From NCBI GenBank assembly GCA_018655525.1, contig JABIJM010000030.1, positions 28,083 to 92,082 of the forward strand: 64,000 nucleotides of DNA, given 5' to 3'. The stretch is from Candidatus Woesearchaeota archaeon. Its GTDB lineage: Archaea; Nanobdellota; Nanobdellia; Woesearchaeales; GW2011-AR9. Of this stretch, positions 60,099 through 64,000 are shown one piece after another (within the stretch, counting starts at the first letter, position 1; each line of letters starts with the position of its first letter). A model generated the notes under the pieces. The model saw only the letters and a program-made list of their open reading frames with translations. It was not told where the DNA came from and searched no databases. Both the position numbers and the translations under genes were made by a program.

Positions 60099-60830
60099 AT
60101 GCCATCATTTTGGAGACACGTAAACCTTGTACTTAAAGAATCAGAAATCGTCATTGAAGTACTTGACGCTAGACACATCAATGAAACAAGAAATGTGGAA
60201 ATTGAAAAGAAAATAGAAAAGTATGGAAAGAAAATTCTCTATGTTATCAATAAATGTGATTTAGTAAGCAAAAAAGAATTACAAGCTTCAAAACGAAAAT
60301 TACATCCTTCTGTGTTTATTTCAAGTAAAGATCATCTTGGAACAACAATGTTAAAACATAAAATCTTAGAATTATCTAGAGGAGAAAATACGACCGTTGG
60401 TATTGTAGGATACCCAAATGTAGGAAAATCTTCTCTTATTAACGCATTAGCAGGAAGAGGAAAAGCACGAACATCTTCCGAAAGTGGATTTACCAAAGGA
60501 GTTCAAAAAGTACGAGTGGATGCAAAAATCGTGGTATTAGATACACCGGGAGTATTTCCAGATATGGAAAAAGATAATGAAAAATTTGGAAAAACAGGTG
60601 CAATTGATTACAGTAAAATCAAAGATCCAGAGATTGCAGCATTAAAATTAATTGAAGAGAAAAAAGAAGTATTACAAAAACATTTTGACATTCATGAAGA
60701 TGATGAAGAAGAATTCTTAGAACAAATTGCTTTTAAATTCAAAAAGATGGCAAAAGGCGGAAAACCAGATGTTGAAGCTGCTGCTCGTTTACTCTTAAAA
60801 GAATGGCAAACTGGAAAAGTAAAGGCATAA
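60099..60830 (+). CDS. Circularly permuted ribosome-biogenesis GTPase (RbgA/YlqF family)
   Basis: DAR, NKCD, GYPNVGKSS, DTPG in permuted order. Confidence 0.9.
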   Translation: MPSFWRHVNLVLKESEIVIEVLDARHINETRNVEIEKKIEKYGKKILYVINKCDLVSKKELQASKRKLHPSVFISSKDHLGTTMLKHKILELSRGENTTVGIVGYPNVGKSSLINALAGRGKARTSSESGFTKGVQKVRVDAKIVVLDTPGVFPDMEKDNEKFGKTGAIDYSKIKDPEIAALKLIEEKKEVLQKHFDIHEDDEEEFLEQIAFKFKKMAKGGKPDVEAAARLLLKEWQTGKVKA

Positions 60831-60872
60831 AAGTTATAAACATATTAACAATAGTTAAGATAAGGTGATATT

Positions 60873-61253
60873 ATGTGTATTAAAAAATATGTAAAAGGAA
60901 AAGAAGCTATTTTCTATGGAATTTTTAGAATTTTAGTTGGGTTAATGTTCTTTCTTCATGGATGGACAAAATTATTTGGTGCAAAACCAGTTGCATTAAT
61001 GAGTTTAATGGGAGCAGCAGGAGTTATTGAATTAGCTGTAGGAATTATGTTAGTATTAGGATTGTGGACTAGATTAGGTGCATTGATTGCAGGAATTGAA
61101 ATGTTAGTAGCATACTTTATGGCACACTTTCCTAACGGATGGAATCCTTTGACAAACAACGGAGAACCAGCATTACTCTTTTTTGCAGCATTCCTTGTAG
61201 TATTATACCATGGAAACGGTAAATGGGCTGTAGAGAAAAAAGAAACATTTTAG
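60873..61253 (+). CDS. DoxX family membrane protein
   Basis: RILVGLMFFLHG, LGLWTR, NNGE. Confidence 0.85.
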   Translation: MCIKKYVKGKEAIFYGIFRILVGLMFFLHGWTKLFGAKPVALMSLMGAAGVIELAVGIMLVLGLWTRLGALIAGIEMLVAYFMAHFPNGWNPLTNNGEPALLFFAAFLVVLYHGNGKWAVEKKETF

Positions 61254-61265
61254 TTTCTTTATTTT

Positions 61266-63458
61266 TTATTTTTTTATTATGTATTCTTTCTTAAAGAAAT
61301 CAACCAACCTTTCAGCTGTTTTCTTTCCAATACCTTCAATTTTCACCAAATCTTCAACAGACGATTCTACAACAGATTTAATTGATCCAAAACACTCCAA
61401 CAACCTTCTAGCATTTACCAAACCCATATTAGGGATTGAGGAAATAAAGAATTCTTGTTGCTCTTTCTCAGATACTGGTTTTCCCGCATGTAAGGAATAT
61501 GTTCTTCCAGTATCCTGTTCACGTTTTGCCATCACTGCAAGTAATGCAGCCGTATCTTTTGGATTCTTCGTATGAAGAATAGGGATATTAAATCCAAGTG
61601 CAATTGAAGCTAACATGCCTCTGATTGCATTCGCATGAACTTTACGGATAGAATACATATCTTCTTCACCTTCAATAATAAGAACTGATTTTTCAAAATT
61701 CGCTTTAAGATCCCTCATTTGATCTAATAAACGACGATCAATAATAGATGCAATAAAGTCAGGAATTTTTTTCAATTCCACACCCACTTTTCCAGAGACA
61801 ACATAATCTGCAGATACTAATTGTTCCGTTTTTACAGAGAGACCCATTTCAATTAATTCTTTAACAATACGATTGTTTTTTTCTCTATGATCTGCAACCA
61901 CTGCAACAACTTGATTTTTAGGAATAAATTGATCTAAAGTTTTATTTTGCTGTTGTTGAACTAATGTGAAATCAGATTTTAATTTGTCTAAATTACGATA
62001 CATCCGCTTCTCTTTATGATGTGCACTCCATTTGTAACCTTCATCCCTTGTACCTGAAGTCATTAAAACTGTAACTTCTCCTTTTTCTAATCTTCCCGTT
62101 CGTCCTCTTCGTTGAATTGCTCTAATTGCAGAAGGCACAGGTTCATAGAAAATAACTTCGTCCACTTTTGGAATATCTAATCCTTCTTCTGCAACAGATG
62201 TCGCAACAAGAATTTGAAATTCACCGTTCCGAAATTGATCCAAGATTTCTTTTTGTTTTTTTTGAGAAAAACCAATACCTTTCTTCTTCGCTTGACCAAC
62301 AAAGATATGAGCCGTAATATTCATTTCTTCTAAATTCTTTACGATTAAACTTGCAGAGTCACGAAATTGAGTGAAAATAATCGCTTTCTTTTCTTTTGTA
62401 ATATCCGAAAGCATTTCTTTCATTTTTGTAAGTTTGGGATGTTCAACATTATTCTCAACCAACTTTTGACTGTGATATAATGCAGATTTAAAATTCGCAT
62501 CCAACATTAAATTCTTTACAGCCTTCGTTTTAGATGTTGCAGCTTGCTTTACAATCCCATCAAGATATTCATAACATTGATGAACACCTTGACACTCCAA
62601 CATTTCAATTCCATGTTCAACCTTCAATGCTTCTGCAACAAGTGACATAGAACGCATTGCATCAAAATCTTTTTCTCCAGAAGAGATTTTCTTAATCAAT
62701 TCTCCTTGTAATCGTAATAAATCTGTTTTACGTGCTTCAGGATCATTACAAAATCCTAATCCTTTTGCTTCTAATAATTTAGATTTCCTACAATCTTTCA
62801 AATATTTCTGAACAATCTTATATTCTTCTGGAAATTTCACAGGAACCCAATTTAATTGTACATCTTGAATATACGGTTTCATATCTGGATCCCTATCCGT
62901 TCGTACTTCCAACTTTTCAATCTTTAAATTGGAACACACTTCCTTTACCGTTTCTAAATCTGAACCAGGAGACGCAGTTAATGCAAGAATTCTACTATAT
63001 TTAGATGTTTTTTCATATCTATCTGCAATCCATACATATGCATATTCTCCCGTTGCATGATGCGCTTCATCAAATATTAACAATGAAACATCTTGAAGCT
63101 TAACTCGTTGATTAATAACATCATTCTCCAAACCTTGTGGCGTTGATACAATTACCTGCGCATCCTTCCATAAAATCTCTCTTTTCTCGGGTTTCACGGA
63201 TCCTGTAAACAACACAACATTCTCTTCTGCAACATTAAGATGATTCTTGAAAGATTCCACATGCTGCTCACACAACGGTTTTGTTGGTGCAAGCATAAGA
63301 ATCTTAGATTTTGGATAATGATGCAACCTTTGAGCTGCCAATAAAAAAGCTAATGCAGTCTTTCCCATACCTGTAGGTAAAACTACTAAAGTATTGGCTC
63401 TAGCAGCAGTGCCTAAAATTGTTTGTTGATACAATCTTGGAGAGAAGTTCTTAATCAT
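61266..63458 (-). CDS. hef: Hef helicase-nuclease (DEAH helicase + ERCC4/XPF)
   Basis: LPTGMGKT, DEAH, QRRGRTGR, ADY..ELK ERCC4 motif, HhH. Confidence 0.93.
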   Translation of the reverse strand: MIKNFSPRLYQQTILGTAARANTLVVLPTGMGKTALAFLLAAQRLHHYPKSKILMLAPTKPLCEQHVESFKNHLNVAEENVVLFTGSVKPEKREILWKDAQVIVSTPQGLENDVINQRVKLQDVSLLIFDEAHHATGEYAYVWIADRYEKTSKYSRILALTASPGSDLETVKEVCSNLKIEKLEVRTDRDPDMKPYIQDVQLNWVPVKFPEEYKIVQKYLKDCRKSKLLEAKGLGFCNDPEARKTDLLRLQGELIKKISSGEKDFDAMRSMSLVAEALKVEHGIEMLECQGVHQCYEYLDGIVKQAATSKTKAVKNLMLDANFKSALYHSQKLVENNVEHPKLTKMKEMLSDITKEKKAIIFTQFRDSASLIVKNLEEMNITAHIFVGQAKKKGIGFSQKKQKEILDQFRNGEFQILVATSVAEEGLDIPKVDEVIFYEPVPSAIRAIQRRGRTGRLEKGEVTVLMTSGTRDEGYKWSAHHKEKRMYRNLDKLKSDFTLVQQQQNKTLDQFIPKNQVVAVVADHREKNNRIVKELIEMGLSVKTEQLVSADYVVSGKVGVELKKIPDFIASIIDRRLLDQMRDLKANFEKSVLIIEGEEDMYSIRKVHANAIRGMLASIALGFNIPILHTKNPKDTAALLAVMAKREQDTGRTYSLHAGKPVSEKEQQEFFISSIPNMGLVNARRLLECFGSIKSVVESSVEDLVKIEGIGKKTAERLVDFFKKEYIIKK

Positions 63459-63480
63459 CTCAATTTACGTAGAATCTGAG

Positions 63481-63513
63481 TATAAAAGGCTTGTGGGTAC
63501 TTGTCTAGTGTGG
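63481..63513 (-). promoter_or_regulatory. Conserved motif CCACACTAGACAAGTAC + 8 nt + TATA (copy 3) upstream of hef
   Basis: TATA ends 23 nt before the hef ATG. Confidence 0.6.
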
Positions 63514-63564
63514 GGTGTGGGAAATTTCCAAAACTCTTATTAAAACCTAAATCTTACACATTAT

Positions 63565-64000
63565 ATGCAAATACATATCTCAACAAGAAAAGAATGGCGA
63601 GAATGGTTAAGAAAAAATCACAAAAAACAATCTAAAGTCGCCATTATTCTTCACAAAAAGCACACTGGAAAACCTTCTATTTCACATAAAGAATCCATGG
63701 AAGAAGCAATTTGTTTTGGATGGATTGATACGACACTTAAAAGAATTAACGAAGATACCTATCAACGAACATTTGTACGGAGAACAGATAAAAGTAAATG
63801 GAGTAGAAACACCCTTAGATATGCTCAAGAACTCATAAAGAAACGAAAAATGGCCAAAGAAGGTTTACGTAGATACAACCAAGCTAAAGATATACCTCCT
63901 TTGGATCATGATCTTCCAAAGAACCCCGAACCGTCAGAACTTATGAAAAAGATGTTAGGAAAAAATCTAAAAAAATTTCTAAAACTTCCAAAATCAACAA
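63565..64000 (+). CDS. YdeI/OmpD-associated family protein (runs off window)
   Basis: Manual translation MQIHISTRKEWREWLRKNH...EAICFGWID. Confidence 0.8.
   Translation, partial: MQIHISTRKEWREWLRKNHKKQSKVAIILHKKHTGKPSISHKESMEEAICFGWIDTTLKRINEDTYQRTFVRRTDKSKWSRNTLRYAQELIKKRKMAKEGLRRYNQAKDIPPLDHDLPKNPEPSELMKKMLGKNLKKFLKLPKST

Overview
This is an AT-rich archaeal chromosomal window, most consistent with a DPANN archaeon (Woesearchaeales-like). The assignment rests on archaeal informational genes (gltX, Rli1/ABCE1, aEF-1beta, trm1, aIF5B, aIF1A, archaeal DnaG, RIO1, Dim2/KH, TopoVI A/B, trpS, Hef), TATA/BRE promoters about 23 nt upstream of start codons, BHB-type tRNA introns, many ORFans, large surface proteins and bacterial-type lgt/lspA. 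There is no CRISPR array, rRNA or transposase. Four main observations stand out. (1) Two free-standing two-motif LAGLIDADG endonuclease genes each run into a tRNA gene (Trp, Cys) and stop inside a non-canonically placed tRNA intron, suggesting an endonuclease/tRNA-intron collaborative homing system. (2) A 17-bp motif, CCACACTnGACAAsTAC, sits at an identical offset from the TATA box of both endonuclease genes and of hef. (3) Two ~110-120 nt rod-like hairpin elements lie in divergent intergenic regions, share a covarying core and are flanked by direct repeats; further candidate ncRNAs lie upstream of dnaG. (4) A REC-GGDEF diguanylate cyclase, broken by an internal deletion, occurs in an archaeon. 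All assignments were made by eye from motifs; no database searches were run.
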